DNA of 63,990 nt, filler included, from Octopus bimaculoides (taxonomy: Eukaryota), in NCBI RefSeq assembly GCF_001194135.2. It is 7 parts of 7 records of this genome, joined end to end, with 100 filler letters (N's around TTAATTAATTAA, not from the genome) between each part and the next. Parts side by side here need not be neighbours in the genome. Positions count along the whole stretch, not along the records: positions 23,904 to 46,585 come from NC_068984.1; 6 more parts are not named here. One strand, 5' to 3'. Each line of letters begins with the position of its first letter. Position 1 is the stretch's first letter. The position numbers and the translations under genes are program-made. The notes beneath the pieces are model-generated. The model made no database searches. It was not told the origin of the DNA and worked only from the letters and a program-made list of their open reading frames with translations. Of this stretch, positions 26,697 to 39,672 are shown one piece after another.

Positions 26697-27721
26697 NNNN
26701 NNNNNNNNNNNNNNNNNNNNNNNNNNNNNNNNNNNNNNNNNNNNNNNNNNNNNNNNNNNNNNNNNNNNNNNNNNNNNNNNNNNNNNNNNNNNNNNNNNNN
26801 NNNNNNNNNNNNNNNNNNNNNNNNNNNNNNNNNNNNNNNNNNNNNNNNNNNNNNNNNNNNNNNNNNNNNNNNNNNNNNNNNNNNNNNNNNNNNNNNNNNN
26901 NNNNNNNNNNNNNNNNNNNNNNNNNNNNNNNNNNNNNNNNNNNNNNNNNNNNNNNNNNNNNNNNNNNNNNNNNNNNNNNNNNNNNNNNNNNNNNNNNNNN
27001 NNNNNNNNNNNNNNNNNNNNNNNNNNNNNNNNNNNNNNNNNNNNNNNNNNNNNNNNNNNNNNNNNNNNNNNNNNNNNNNNNNNNNNNNNNNNNNNNNNNN
27101 NNNNNNNNNNNNNNNNNNNNNNNNNNNNNNNNNNNNNNNNNNNNNNNNNNNNNNNNNNNNNNNNNNNNNNNNNNNNNNNNNNNNNNNNNNNNNNNNNNNN
27201 NNNNNNNNNNNNNNNNNNNNNNNNNNNNNNNNNNNACAACACCGTCTTCAATTGTTATCATATCTTTGTACTTTATCAAATCATTTTTGTTTGTCGACAG
27301 CTGGCAGGTTCCACCTCCAGCCGCCGACGCAAAACTTCTTTTTTTTTATTTATTTTCTTCTGTTTGAAGGCTTTTCACGTCAATATTCCTCTTTGCAACA
27401 GTACACATTGATGGTTGGGGAAATTCACTTTCAGAAGAATCCGAAATATCGCTAAATATTAAACTTTCAATTTTTTTTTTTTTGCCTCCCTGTCGGTTGA
27501 GGACTCTTCGCCAGACGAAGTTACACTTTTCGGCATCTTGCCAGCAATTAATGTTTCCCCCACAGGGAAAAATACACGATAGTTTTTGAACGAAGACTTT
27601 CACACAAATAATTATAACAGGAACAATAGTTATAACAGGAAATAATACAAAACAGTCAATAGAAACATGCACTTACTATACAAACGCACTCCAATAATAA
27701 TTACCAATAAATCCAAACCCA

Positions 27722-27786
27722 CACAGACGAAATACCGCTAAGCATTTCGCCCAGCATTCTAACGTTTCTGCCTGCTCGCCGCCTTA
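27722..27786 (-). mobile_element. SINE family A head fragment
   Basis: Reverse complement of aaggcggcgagcaggcagaaacgttagaatgctgggcgaaatgcttagcggtatttcgtctg. Confidence 0.8.
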
Positions 27787-28567
27787 ATGCGTGAAAAATA
27801 TTGAAACAACATCAATACATGTGAGAGTAAAAAAGGAGGCTAGTTTGGGTTGTGCTAAAACATCAGCGAAACCTCCCTTGAATTGTTCACCTTTCCCTCT
27901 GAAAATATTTAAAATTCGTTTTGTTTTGTTTTCTGTTGTTTCTGCTAAATATTTATATAAATATAAAGAATCAAAATTTAAAGAAGCCAGAAAATGGAGA
28001 AATATCGATGGACAACAATTGACTTACATCAATTATTACTTATTTATTCAATACAAATAGACTGCACCCCATCAAACAGCTGTTTCTGCTTCCAATGTTG
28101 TATGGTATTGCCATAAATATGCTAGAATATTTATCATATTTATCAAACTCGGTCTGAAACATGGAGCTTCATGAGAGTGAATTATAAATAAAGAAGAGCA
28201 TTGAGAAGAAAAACGGAAAAAGTAAAATATGGTTGTACTCATACTATTTTGCTTGCCCATCTCTTTGGGACATTAAGTAAATGACTAAACCCCAAATAGC
28301 AATTGGTGGATTAGTCCTTTGTACGGTGGGGTTAGACTGGATATATATNNNNNNNNNNNNNNNNNNNNNNNNNNNNNNNNNNNNNNNNNNNNNNNNNNNN
28401 NNNNNNNNNNNNNNNNNNNNNNNNNNNNNNNNNNNNNNNNNNNNNNNNNNNNNNNNNNNNNNNNNNNNNNNNNNNNNNNNNNNNNNNNNNNNNNNNNNNN
28501 NNNNNNNNNNNNNNNNNNNNNNNNNNNNNNNNNNNNNNNNNNNNNNNNNNNNNNNNNNNNNNNNNNN

Positions 28568-28598
<31 letters not shown>

Positions 28599-28611
28599 AT
28601 GCGTATATGTT

Positions 28612-28795
28612 TTTGTGTCTGTATTTGTTACCCATCAAAGCTTGACAACTGGTATTGGCGTGCTTATTTTCCCGTAACAGAGAATAAATACCAGGTTTAA
28701 GAAAAGTACTGGAGCAGATTTATTCGGCTAAAATTTCCTCGACATCATGCAACTCGTGGTCGCAGTTTAATGTCTGAAACAAGTAAAGCGGATAA
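28612..28795 (+). mobile_element. SINE family B 3' half, degenerate
   Basis: gcttgacaactggtattggcgtgc...gcagtttaatgtctgaaacaagtaaa. Confidence 0.7.
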
Positions 28796-30221
28796 ACACT
28801 ACTGTATTCAGTCTTTTGACTTAATTTTAACACCACACTAGGTGAAAGGACGGATATTATGGCCAGAAGTTAGCTTAAATGTAGTAGATCCTTTTATGGT
28901 CAGCCTAGCTTATCATGAAGAGGTGAATCCGTACATGTTAATGTGGATCGATGTAGTAGAAATTCCTTTTCGGACAGCAGGTATGCTCGGAATTTCAATC
29001 AAAATTCTTCGGAACTCAGGGCAAGTATATCTCCACATCTTGGAGGTACTATAGGATTTTCAAAACAGTCATACTGTTAGGCTCTCTTGCCCAACAACTT
29101 CAAATTTAACATATTTTAACTTTATAGTTAAAATATAGCTTATTTCCTATGAACCATAGGATATTTAATGGTCCCAATAAAAAAAAACCGATAGAACATC
29201 ATAATCTAAGCAACTCCACAGTAGGATACGCTGTGGAGATTGTTATTCCTTAAAACGGCTCGAGTAAATATAAAGCTGGTACTCCTTTACAGCCTATTTG
29301 CACTAACTGCTTGTGTAGCCCGGGAATGTGGATAGTTATCTCTTGAACAACAATTGCCTCCTGAAACAATATCGTATATAAAGTCTCAGTCCGTACACTG
29401 GATAGAGTTTACTGCTTTGTCGGTGTAACGGCCACAGAATTTAAGGCGAGATAGATTAACCACGTGAATTGTTTTAAGCATGAAATTAAAGAACATAACA
29501 ATTCACTAGCTGCACTGCTTTGGTAAGAACATTATTTATTTTCTTGGTCCGTTTTACAAACCATCCTTCCTTATGAGAGGATACGGGATACAGCGTATAT
29601 TATACTGAAGTACTCCAGATCCAGGATAGTAAATCATGTATAATACATAAACAAATTGAACAGATTATACGATGCAGTCATAAATTCAATTTATCACTCT
29701 TTAAATGTAATTCTACTCCGCTGCAACCGGACTAATAGTTACCCACACATACTATGTTTCACACCAAACTCTATGACGCACCATCTGTGTCACTTTCTTC
29801 TACCTTTCAATATTTATCTGTCACTCTCAATATTTATTTATCACTGACCATTTATATTGTTTCTGTCGCTATTAATTATTGTTTAATAAGTACACTGATA
29901 TATTTTTGACATTAATGCCAGAATAGATTCGATATTCTATATATCCTTGACGTGAGATTCGGCTGTTATGACGCGACAAGGTGTATGTCACTAAAGAGAG
30001 CAAATCAAATGTAAATGACATGGCATTTCCGACGGCCGTAGCAGAAAGTTCTCATCTGACAACGATGTAAATAAGACTGCTTTTATGCACCACGAGTCTT
30101 TATGAGAAGTCCTCTCAAGGTTAATAATGAAGCATTCTGTTTTCTATCGCAATCTTTATCACCACGTTCAGTAGTAGATAAAGATTAACTTCAACCATTC
30201 ATACTGCTTCCGTTACTATTA

Positions 30222-30268
<47 letters not shown>

Positions 30269-31247
30269 ACACACACACACACACATACATACATACATAC
30301 ATACATACATACCTGCATACATATCACATCAGCAACAAATAATAAACAAGCAATACGTCGTTAGAAAAAGAAGTATTAGATAGTTCGATCCACTTTCCAG
30401 CATACCCCCTCCACTCCAAAGACACTCTACTCTTCAAAATACTTCAAAAACACTTCCACCATAGCCAGTGTTATTCNNNNNNNNNNNNNNNNNNNNNNNN
30501 NNNNNNNNNNNNNNNNNNNNNNNNNNNNNNNNNNNNNNNNNNNNNNNNNNNNNNNNNNNNNNNNNNNNNNNNNNNNNNNNNNNNNNNNNNNNNNNNNNNN
30601 NNNNNNNNNNNNNNNNNNNNNNNNNNNNNNNNNNNNNNNNNNNNNNNNNNNNNTATATATATATATATAGTGCCATTACTGTCATGCCTTGCTTGCACTT
30701 TTACGTTTTACACCAATCTTTCTGCTTTTTGACTTCGAAAATACTACATCTATTGGTAATAGAGTGAAGTTACTTGAATTGGTTCTGGTATTCAGTTTCC
30801 CACATTTTTTTTATAAATTTCTGCCATTTTGGAGGTCGCTTTTTAGCTTGCTTTTGTAACGCCTCCTCGTGATTTACCCTCTGGATAATTATATGGAGAG
30901 TATTTCACGACACAATCTCTCTCCTCTCATCTTAACTTTAGTAGCCAGTGTATTTATTGCGGTTGATATTAGGCTTAGCTGTTTGGCTTATCCTGGGATA
31001 GTATTTTTGGTTATGTAGCATTTGCATTTGATGAGCGCAGAAGGAAATGCTCGGTTTTATTCTTTTTTTATGCTTTTACTACAAAACGTTCGTATTACTC
31101 AGCTATATAATGTGTGTGTGTGTGTGTGTGTTACTATATTGTTTTAGTCATCAGACTGCAGCCATGCTGGGGCATCGTCTTATAGTGATTTTAGTAAAAC
31201 AAATAGAATCCAGTACTTAGTTTTTACGTTTGGTGCTTACGCGTCTG

Positions 31248-31302
<55 letters not shown>

Positions 31303-31410
31303 ATATATATATATATAGTTGAATAAAGTAACAACATGGTCTCATTTTCACGTGTTTTACTGTTGCATTAAAAACAATTTTTGCAAATTTGAAGTGTGTT
31401 AAACATTAAA

Positions 31411-31488
31411 CATATATATAGAAATCTCGCTTTATGAGACTCGAACTCACACCTCCGTGATTACGCGTCTCGGTGCTCTAGACCGATT
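31411..31488 (-). pseudogene. 5'-truncated tRNA-like retro-insertion (CGT anticodon-like loop) with 9-bp TSD
   Basis: Minus strand: ccgaga-cgcgtaa-tcacgg arm and T-arm gtgag-ttcgagt-ctcat. TSD AACATTAAA at 31402-31410 and 31489-31497. Absent from the 3' pLTR copy. Confidence 0.7.
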
Positions 31489-31525
31489 AACATTAAAATA
31501 ATATCTTGTAATGTTCATAAAGTTC

Positions 31526-31563
31526 AATTAGCGCTTTCATACTTTCGTAATAATCATCAGATT
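31526..31563 (-). ncRNA. Candidate minimal type-I hammerhead ribozyme motif (inverted pLTR copy)
   Basis: AAT-CTGATGA-TTAT-TAC(GAAA)GTA-T-GAAA-GCGC-TA-ATT. The core boxes and palindromic GCGC are present, but the stem II junction is atypical. Confidence 0.55.
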
Positions 31564-31911
31564 TCAAAACATTTTTAATTGATAGTTGAGTTCTTGACAA
31601 CTGTAGTGAAATGACTACCTTTTCCTTTTTATACCTTATAGAACGCTCCAACAAGCTGAATTATTCGAATACGGTTTTGACCAATCAGCATACAGCCGTG
31701 CGCACCGATATTACTGACATAATCCCGCCTTCATTTCAACGTTTTAGGTTGCAGTTTACATGTAGTAGTTTTATGAGTGAGCAAGCTTAGTTGGCTTCGA
31801 TCGTTTTTATTTCAGTCGGTGGGAATCTTCTGTTATTTGTTTATATTTATATGCTAAAGATGTTTCTTTAATCCACATCATTAACTGGTTGTTATATTAT
31901 TGTTGTTTTCG

Positions 31912-32030
31912 TTCAGAATAATAGACAAAAACTATAGAATAGACAAAAAATAATCTCTTCAGAATAATAGACAAAAACTATAGAATAGACTAAAAAGAAT
32001 CTATTCAGAATAATAGACAAAAAATAATCT
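31912..32030 (+). repeat. 46-bp tandem repeat (two full units plus one shortened unit)
   Basis: The unit ttcagaataatagacaaaaactatagaatagacaaaaaataatctc starts at 31912, 31958 and 32004. Confidence 0.9.
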
Positions 32031-34634
32031 GATTTTTAGGGTCAGAACAACAAACACCGGAGAAAGAATAAGTTCAAGAAAAACAACTGTGGAACTACTG
32101 ATAGGATAGACCCTAAAAGTATTAATCTGTCAAATAGAAATATAGACAGTGATGAACTTCGATTATTGATGAAAGGACTAAAATTCGCACTATACACCTA
32201 CAGTCAACCATCAGGAATTGGAGGAAGATATCCAATACTTGTGTTGGAAACTACGACTTGTGGAGGTTTTACTGATAAAAAAAATGAGAATGACGAACCC
32301 TTAGCGAAAATCAAGTCAAAAGGACGAAATACACATCTCGATCAGTTCATTGATATCCTCTCCAGATTTCCACTGAGGCATAACATCAACATCAGACCAA
32401 ATATTTGAAAACTAGAAAAGTCTGCCCTTATACTTCTTTAAAATGACAACACAATTGTCATTAAAGAAGCGGATACGGAATATTACCGAGATCTAGTTGA
32501 AGAAGATCATTTGAAGGATACAACATTCTACCGTGAAATACCCTCAGATATTGACCACCGCATCACGAAGAAACCCCAATTATTTAGTCTTAAAAAATTA
32601 ATCCCTCATTTCTAATGAAAGGGACTATATTACCAATTTTGAGTGGAAATCCAGCAACTTCTATAGCTTACCTAAAATACAAAAGTCAAAAGTAATGCAA
32701 AGTGCTATAAAGGAACACGGTAGTGAATAGATAAAACTACTACAACCAAAATACCTTAAACTAAGACCCATTATAGCTGCCCCAGCCTGTCTTACACGTC
32801 GTCTGAGAAACCTCATTGACATTATCCTAAAACCACTCTGTAGTCCTATACCCTGTTCCATTCGGGATGACATCGATTTCCTGTCACATTTGCCCAAAAC
32901 AACAGATTCCAATTCACTGTTAGTTTTGATTTAACAAGCTTATATACGAATATTCAACACGGTTTTGAAATTACTGCCATAAAATTTAAGTCGAGAAACA
33001 TAGAGAAGTGATCCCCAGTAGATTTACTGTAACCTTCGTACTAGACGTGGTCAGCCTCATCCTGGAAAACAATACATTCATTTTCAACGGTAAAAGAAAC
33101 TACCTCCAAATTCGAGACATAGCTATGGGGTCACTATTTGCTCCACTTTTATCGAACTCAGTTTTGGGATACTTGGAACAAAACCTGTATATAAAAAAAA
33201 ATTGAAGAAAACTATGGCATGGCTTTTAGAAGACATATAGAGGATAGATGGAAAAGATACCTCGATGTCTGTTTCCTAGTTTCAACCAAACCTGGAAGAA
33301 TTTAGCACCCTCCTCAATACTCTACACCCTAGTCTCAAATACAAAAGAAAAATAAGCAACACATAATTACAATTTCTTGACATAATGGTAATTAAAAACA
33401 ACTCCACAATCACAACTGATATCTATTACAAAGGCATTAATGTACACCAGTTCCTAAATTTCAAATCATGCCACCCAACACACATAAAACATCCCGTACT
33501 CTCTAGCCATGAAATTTTGTACTAAAGTAGATGATCCAAACACCAGGAATATAAAACAGAACTCAAAAGATTTCTGCTCAAGCAAAAACACCCTCGTCTA
33601 CTTATAGAAAATAGCATACAACGAGCAAAAGAAATGCCCATAGAATAACTTAGGGCAACACGAGAAAGACGAATTCATAAACGGAAAACAATACCATTTC
33701 CAGTAACACACAATCCGCATCACCAAAACATTTTTAACTTCACCAGAACTAACTTGCCAATCGTGAAACAGGGAAAAATTAAAAAAACTTCATAACTAAT
33801 TAAACACTTATCTTAAGCAAAAGGCAACTACATAACCTAAAGAAACTATTAACAAAGGCAAAATTTAACATGAGCAAACAGGATAAAACATTCACAATAT
33901 CCAAGTGTAATGATAACAGATGTGGAACGTGTCAATACATGCGAACTGGTAGATCCATTAGAACAAAAAAATGAACAAATTTTCACAAATGCAGATATGA
34001 ACTACAAATGCAGAAATTTGATCTACTGCATTATACGCCCCAGTTCCGAGGAACTATATATTGCGGAGACGGGGAATGCATTATCCAACGCTCACGAGTC
34101 CACAGACGACAAATCCGGAACACTAATGTTCGCCAAATTCCATTGAGCGAACATACAGAAACATGTGGTCAGAAAATGTTTCTAATTGTTCCGTTCCACA
34201 AAGTACATAACACAAGTGAGATTGAGAGAAACATAAAAGAAAAACGCTTTATTAAAATGCTCAAATTTGTTCTTAACGGAAATAACAGCATCAGTTAATG
34301 ATGTGGATTAAAAATTATCTTTAACATATGAATATAAACAAGTTACAGAAAACTCTCACCGACTGAAATAAAAACGATGGAAATCACCTATGTTTGCTCA
34401 CTCATGAAACCATTACATGTAAACCGCAAGCTAATTGGTTGTAATAAAGGCAGGATCTTTGCTAGTAATATCGGTGCGCCCGGCGAATAGTGACGTTTAA
34501 GATGCATGCTGGCTGGTCATAACCGTATTCGAATAATTCAACTTGCTGGAGCGCTCTAAAAGGTATAAAAAGGAAGAAGTCAGTTATTTTGCTACAGTTG
34601 TCAAGAACTCAACTATCAGTTAAATCTTTTTTGA

Positions 34635-34672
34635 AATCTGATGATTATTACGTACGTATGAAAGCGCTAATT
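34635..34672 (+). ncRNA. Candidate minimal type-I hammerhead ribozyme motif (3' pLTR copy)
   Basis: AAT-CTGATGA-TTAT-TAC(GTAC)GTA-T-GAAA-GCGC-TA-ATT. Confidence 0.55.
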
Positions 34673-36374
34673 GAACTTTACGAACATTACAAAATTTTTT
34701 TTTAATGTTTTACACACTTCAACTTTGTAAAAAAAAATTTAGTATACAATAATGAAAAATGTGTAAACCAAATCATGTAACTTTATTCAACTGATATATA
34801 CACATTTANNNNNNNNNNNNNNNNNNNNNNNNNNNNNNNNNNNNNNNNNNNNNNNNNNNNNNNNNNNNNNNNNNNNNNNNNNNNNNNNNNNNNNNNNNNN
34901 NNNNNNNNNTAAATATATTTATTAGCATTATCACGCGTTTGAGAATACAAAAAAAATATTTCTCTATCTTTCAATACATCTCAACGCTTCTAAAATTTAC
35001 CTGCTAATCAGAGAAATAAAAATAGAAAAACTATAAGAAATTACGAGTGACTTTCGAAGTGCGGGTGAGTTAATTTGAAGAAATTCAGAATGAATTTCAC
35101 TTTTCCTGCTCAAAACGAAATATCTTTGGTAGGAGGCTAGAGACATCTTCTGACCTATTTCAATCTCATTGAAATTAGTCATCGATGCCCACTTTCACCA
35201 ATAGTTACATATTTGCAAGCTGAAATACTGTTACGAAACTAGCCAATATATAGGATTTAGATATATATGCATCGGTGTATTTGTATCATCAGCTGACATG
35301 CGCGCATATGTTTTCCGTCTTGAGTTGTTTGAATTGCTCCGCTACTTATATTTACATTCAGCTGTTAACTCAGATTGATGGACCGTCTACATGTTGTCTT
35401 GTCTCCTGGGTCAACAAAACTATCATTGTAAAGATTCATCTACCGCTGAGCTCAGCTTATCTTCTTTAGTTTCGTCGTTTGTGCAAACACTTTAAGTTTG
35501 AAATATATTAACTGAAATTCCATGCATTCCAGACAGGTCCAACAATATTATATACCAATAATCCTTAGTATAAAAGACTTACCCATCAACAACAGGATGT
35601 TATTTATCCACGACCAATGCAAATCAATACAATAATGATCTGCTGAATATTGTTTAAGACTCTTAACCACTCGAACTACATAATTCACCTGCTGATTTTT
35701 TCCCCATCATTTCAACAAATACTTTAACACGGTAACAAAATGGCAGTTTGAAAATATCTTCAATAATCCACGAGTCGGAATATGAAGCACGCCACACTGT
35801 ACGTTGGGAAGTTATTTTTCTTTTTCTTTTTTTTTTTCGAGTTTATTATTATAGCAGCTTTATCAGCACGGTAAGTGAAAATCAGACACAACATTTTCAC
35901 ACGAATAATAATATTCGGACAAGAAATTCTAATTAACGATAGTTAAATATAACCTTATGACGCTCGCGGATCAATATTTCCTATTTACTTCCACTCTACG
36001 AAGATGACTGATACGGCATTGATATACTGAAAATAAACATGTGACACATCAAGCAGACAGATATCTCATTCTAGAATTTTATTAAAAGCAAATAATCTCG
36101 GATTTTTAGGCTTGGAAAATAATATTACATCCGTTCACAAAGTTTTTATTATATATTTTATCTTACACAAAATGGCTAACCATCTGCCACATCCCCGTGT
36201 AAAGAATAAATATCGGCCGGAGTTTTGTAAAGAGTGAATTGATAAGTTATAAAAATGTATGCGAAAAGGTAATTATGCAAAATGCCATTTAATGCAACAA
36301 AAAGGTTCTTAGAGGGTGTGGAACTTGAAACGACATATAAAATATATATATTATTTAGCTACGATATTTACACT

Positions 36375-37280
36375 TCTAATTTCAAAACCTACCGATGTCA
36401 GCTTTGTCTTTCATCCATTTGGAGTCAATAAAACCATTCTTTCTGCTATTGGCAGAAGGCCTGTAATTTGTGGGTAGTCAGTAACATCAAATCAAGTGCT
36501 TAACTCATACTTATTTTATCGATCCGGAAAGCTGAAAAGCAAAGTCGACCTAGGCGGAATTTGAACTCAGAACGTAAAGACGGATGAAAGGCTGCTAACA
36601 AATTTGTCCAGTATGGTAACGTCTTGTGCAGTCGGTAAAATAGAGTAATTTTCAAATACTTGAGTTGATGTCTTAAAATATTAAAATAGCTATCATTGTG
36701 CCTGTATCAAAACGTTTTTTTTTTAAATGCGTCAACCTAATGCACGTTGTTTTTTTTTTGTTTGTTTTTTTCTTGCCTGTTGTTCGTATATTTTAATTTA
36801 TTTTTGTACCAAGTAAAGTATCAGGCATCTACCACGGTTGACGACCTCGAATAATAATCCCTCCCATCAAAACAGCTAGGCTTGTACCTATGTTAATAAT
36901 TTTATTAAAGGAAGTAAGTTGACAGGAAGTTAGGGCGCCGAGTAAAATGCATTGTGGTATTTATTGCAGAGTTTTACGTTCTGAATTGAAGTACCACTGG
37001 AGTTAACTTTGAATTTTATCCGTTTAAAGACAATAAAATGCAGTAATGTTCAAGTACAGAGGCCTCTCACCTCTTAACACTGCCAGTCTTATATCTAAAT
37101 TAGGAGAACTTCAAGGGTGTGGATTGACATAGTTATTAACGCATAGAAAAAGTGCTTTACAGCATTTGTTTCCGTTTTATTTCTTGAGTTCAAATTCTGC
37201 CGCGACCTGCTTTGCCTATCATACTTTTGTTGTCAATAAAATAATTAGAAGTTGAGTATCGTTGTGGATGTAATCGAGCC
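36375..37280. mobile_element. Cluster of degenerate SINE A copies in both orientations
   Basis: Minus copy at about 36436-36635 (aaagtcgacctaggcggaatttgaactcagaacg). Plus fragments at about 36375, 36950 and 37150. Confidence 0.7.
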
Positions 37281-37650
37281 CATACTGCTCGTACCAGTGT
37301 AATGTCTCAGTATTGCTGACTTGTGGAGATATGTTGAGTAGCTGTTGTCACATTGGATAAAACCGACCATCAACCGAGTTCACTGTAAGTAAGGATCATC
37401 TCACCACCCACCTTTAACAAGGCAGGGCAAGCTTTGACCCTATATCTAGTGGCTCTAGCGAGAGAGGCTATGTGGTGAACAAGGCTGAAAGGATTGAGGA
37501 AAGACACTCTGGCAATCTCCCATCAATTTTTAAAGTTCCACTAGGAAAGGAAACCAGTGGTTGCGATGAAAATGCTGTTGACCTAATCTCAACATGCACC
37601 TGTAGATTGGAGAACAACAGGTGGATGTAGCATCATACTGTTGCTGGCCA
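37280..37650 (+). mobile_element. L1/Tx1-like LINE ORF2 C-terminal remnant
   Basis: Broken frames SIADLWRYVE*LLS and LVALAREAMW*TRLKGL..FLKFH*ERK resemble the C-terminus of octopus Tx1-like elements (recognised from memory). Confidence 0.55.
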
Positions 37651-37755
37651 GGAGGATTCTGGATCTTTGGGGTTCTAAAAAGGGCCCTAGTAGGAGGTAC
37701 TCCTCCTAAGGCCATTCATGTGTTCATATACTTTATATGATACACATGTTTTCAT

Positions 37756-37905
37756 ATTTCACCGAAGCCGACTTTGACTTTTATCCTTTCGCGGTCGATA
37801 AAATAAGTACCAGTTGAACACTGAAGTCGATATAATAAATTTTTCCCCTCTCCCCAAACAAATTGCTGGCTGAGTACCAAAATTTGAAACCACTGTTATT
37901 ATTAT
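37756..37905 (+). mobile_element. SINE family A 3' half with ATT tail
   Basis: gccgactttgacttttatcctttcgcggtcgataaaataagtaccagttgaacac...ttgctggctgagtaccaaaatttgaaacc, then ttattattatg. Confidence 0.85.
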
Positions 37906-37924
37906 GTTGTTTTTTTTTCTTTTT

Positions 37925-38326
37925 TCTTTAAATTTTCTTCCATTTCTCGCCGAGTGTTTTCCGTACACCTAGGGCAGAGAAACTCGTTGTATGCATTCCC
38001 AGTTTACACAGGCAAATTCACAGGTAAAATATGTATTTAAAAAAAAAAGAAAAAAGAAATTCATGAATGGATGTTGTTTTCACAGCGATAATGCTCTTCT
38101 CAGTACATGAGTTGTTCCAGTTAGCGCGATTTTTTGCACTTCCTGTAGGGATGGTAAGCCTGGTATCATTTTCAAATAGGTTTCAGTACCTTTTTTTTTT
38201 GTCATTCCTAGAGATCCTACAATCACTGGTACGGTAGTCGCCTTGAGGTGCCACATTTTTTCAATTTCTATTAGCAAGTCTTTATATTTACTGATCTTGT
38301 CAAATTCTTTCGCCGCTATATTATGA
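37925..38326 (-). mobile_element. R4/Dong-like LINE 3' end (continues into gap)
   Basis: KEFDKISKYKDLLIEIEKMWHLKATTVPVIVGSLGM...LQEVQKIALTGTTHVLRRALSL*, plus a 3'UTR shared with the 17030 copy. Confidence 0.9.
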
Positions 38327-39324
38327 NNNNNNNNNNNNNNNNNNNNNNNNNNNNNNNNNNNNNNNNNNNNNNNNNNNNNNNNNNNNNNNNNNNNNNNNNN
38401 NNNNNNNNNNNNNNNNNNNNNNNNNNNNNNNNNNNNNNNNNNNNNNNNNNNNNNNNNNNNNNNNNNNNNNNNNNNNNNNNNNNNNNNNNNNNNNNNNNNN
38501 NNNNNNNNNNNNNNNNNNNNNNNNNNNNNNNNNNNNNNNNNNNNNNNNNNNNNNNNNNNNNNNNNNNNNNNNNNNNNNNNNNNNNNNNNNNNNNNNNNNN
38601 NNNNNNNNNNNNNNNNNNNNNNNNNNNNNNNNNNNNNNNNNNNNNNNNNNNNNNNNNNNNNNNNNNNNNNNNNNNNNNNNNNNNNNNNNNNNNNNNNNNN
38701 NNNNNNNNNNNNNNNNNNNNNNNNNNNNNNNNNNNNNNNNNNNNNNNNNNNNNNNNNNNNNNNNNNNNNNNNNNNNNNNNNNNNNNNNNNNNNNNNNNNN
38801 NNNNNNNNNNNNNNNNNNNNNNNNNNNNNNNNNNNNNNNNNNNNNNNNNNNNNNNNNNNNNNNNNNNNNNNNNNNNNNNNNNNNNNNNNNNNNNNNNNNN
38901 NNNNNNNNNNNNNNNNNNNNNNNNNNNNNNNNNNNNNNNNNNNNNNNNNNNNNNNNNNNNNNNNNNNNNNNNNNNNNNNNNNNNNNNNNNNNNNNNNNNN
39001 NNNNNNNNNNNNNNNNNNNNNNNNNNNNNNNNNNNNNNNNNNNNNNNNNNNNNNNNNNNNTATACTCATAAATTACCTCTTTTTCATAATGCTGGTATAA
39101 CATCTGCTGTATGAAAAGGCTCACTCGGTTCTAACTTCGTCATGCGTTGCGAATGCTCTTTGCTTATTTCCACCGTGTTAACCATCTACAGATTTGGTCT
39201 GCAGCTCCATTTTCAGCTTTAAGAGAATGTTTGTTGTTTTGACTTTCTCGTCTTAATTACTTGTTTCACCTCTATTTTATTTTTATTTTTTAGTTTTCTC
39301 TGTTTTGTAATTATTCGTTTAAAA

Positions 39325-39672
39325 CAGTGGTTCACAACCGGGTTTAATATGGCTCCTGAGTGTCCATATAAGATTTTGGGGGTCCCCACAACGAAGTAGT
39401 AAACTGGGTATCCACTATAGTATTTTAAGGGCCCCTGAAAAAGTTTTGCTTTAGCTGTATATATTGGTATGTATTGCAAGAAACAGCTACGTTTCTTTCG
39501 CTAACATTTTCATAGTTCAACCTACACAAGTTAATGTGTAAGAAGCAAGATAAGAATTTTGAAAGAAGGTTCTATAAAACTAGTTTTAAATATCGAATGG
39601 CTATGGGGGGTTCTACCAGAATAAAAGAGTAATGAAAGGGGTCCATCGATGAAAAATGGTTGAGAACCCCGG
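39325..39672. mobile_element. hAT (Charlie-like) MITE
   Basis: Termini cagtggttcacaacc ... ggttgagaaccccgg, about 350 bp, non-coding. The 8-bp flanks do not match cleanly. Confidence 0.65.

Larger units (their letters stand above)
31318..34791 (+). mobile_element. Neptune-type Penelope-like element with inverted 5' pseudo-LTR (31318-31895), decayed RT + Zn-linker + GIY-YIG ORF (about 32050-34298) and 3' pseudo-LTR (34282-34791)
   Basis: INLSNRN..LLMKGLKF, LPKI.K, RPIIAAPACLT, FDLTSLYTNI, QIRDIAMGS.FAP, WKRYLD, FLDIM, TDIYYK, KCNDNRCGTCQY (Zn linker) and NLIYCI...LYIAETG. The roughly 500-bp terminal sequences are reverse complements of each other. Confidence 0.9.

Noticed and set aside
27346-27672. 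108-aa minus ORF with acidic SDISDSSESE patch
   Set aside because: No recognisable domain. It crosses a poly-A run and adjacent frames are interrupted.
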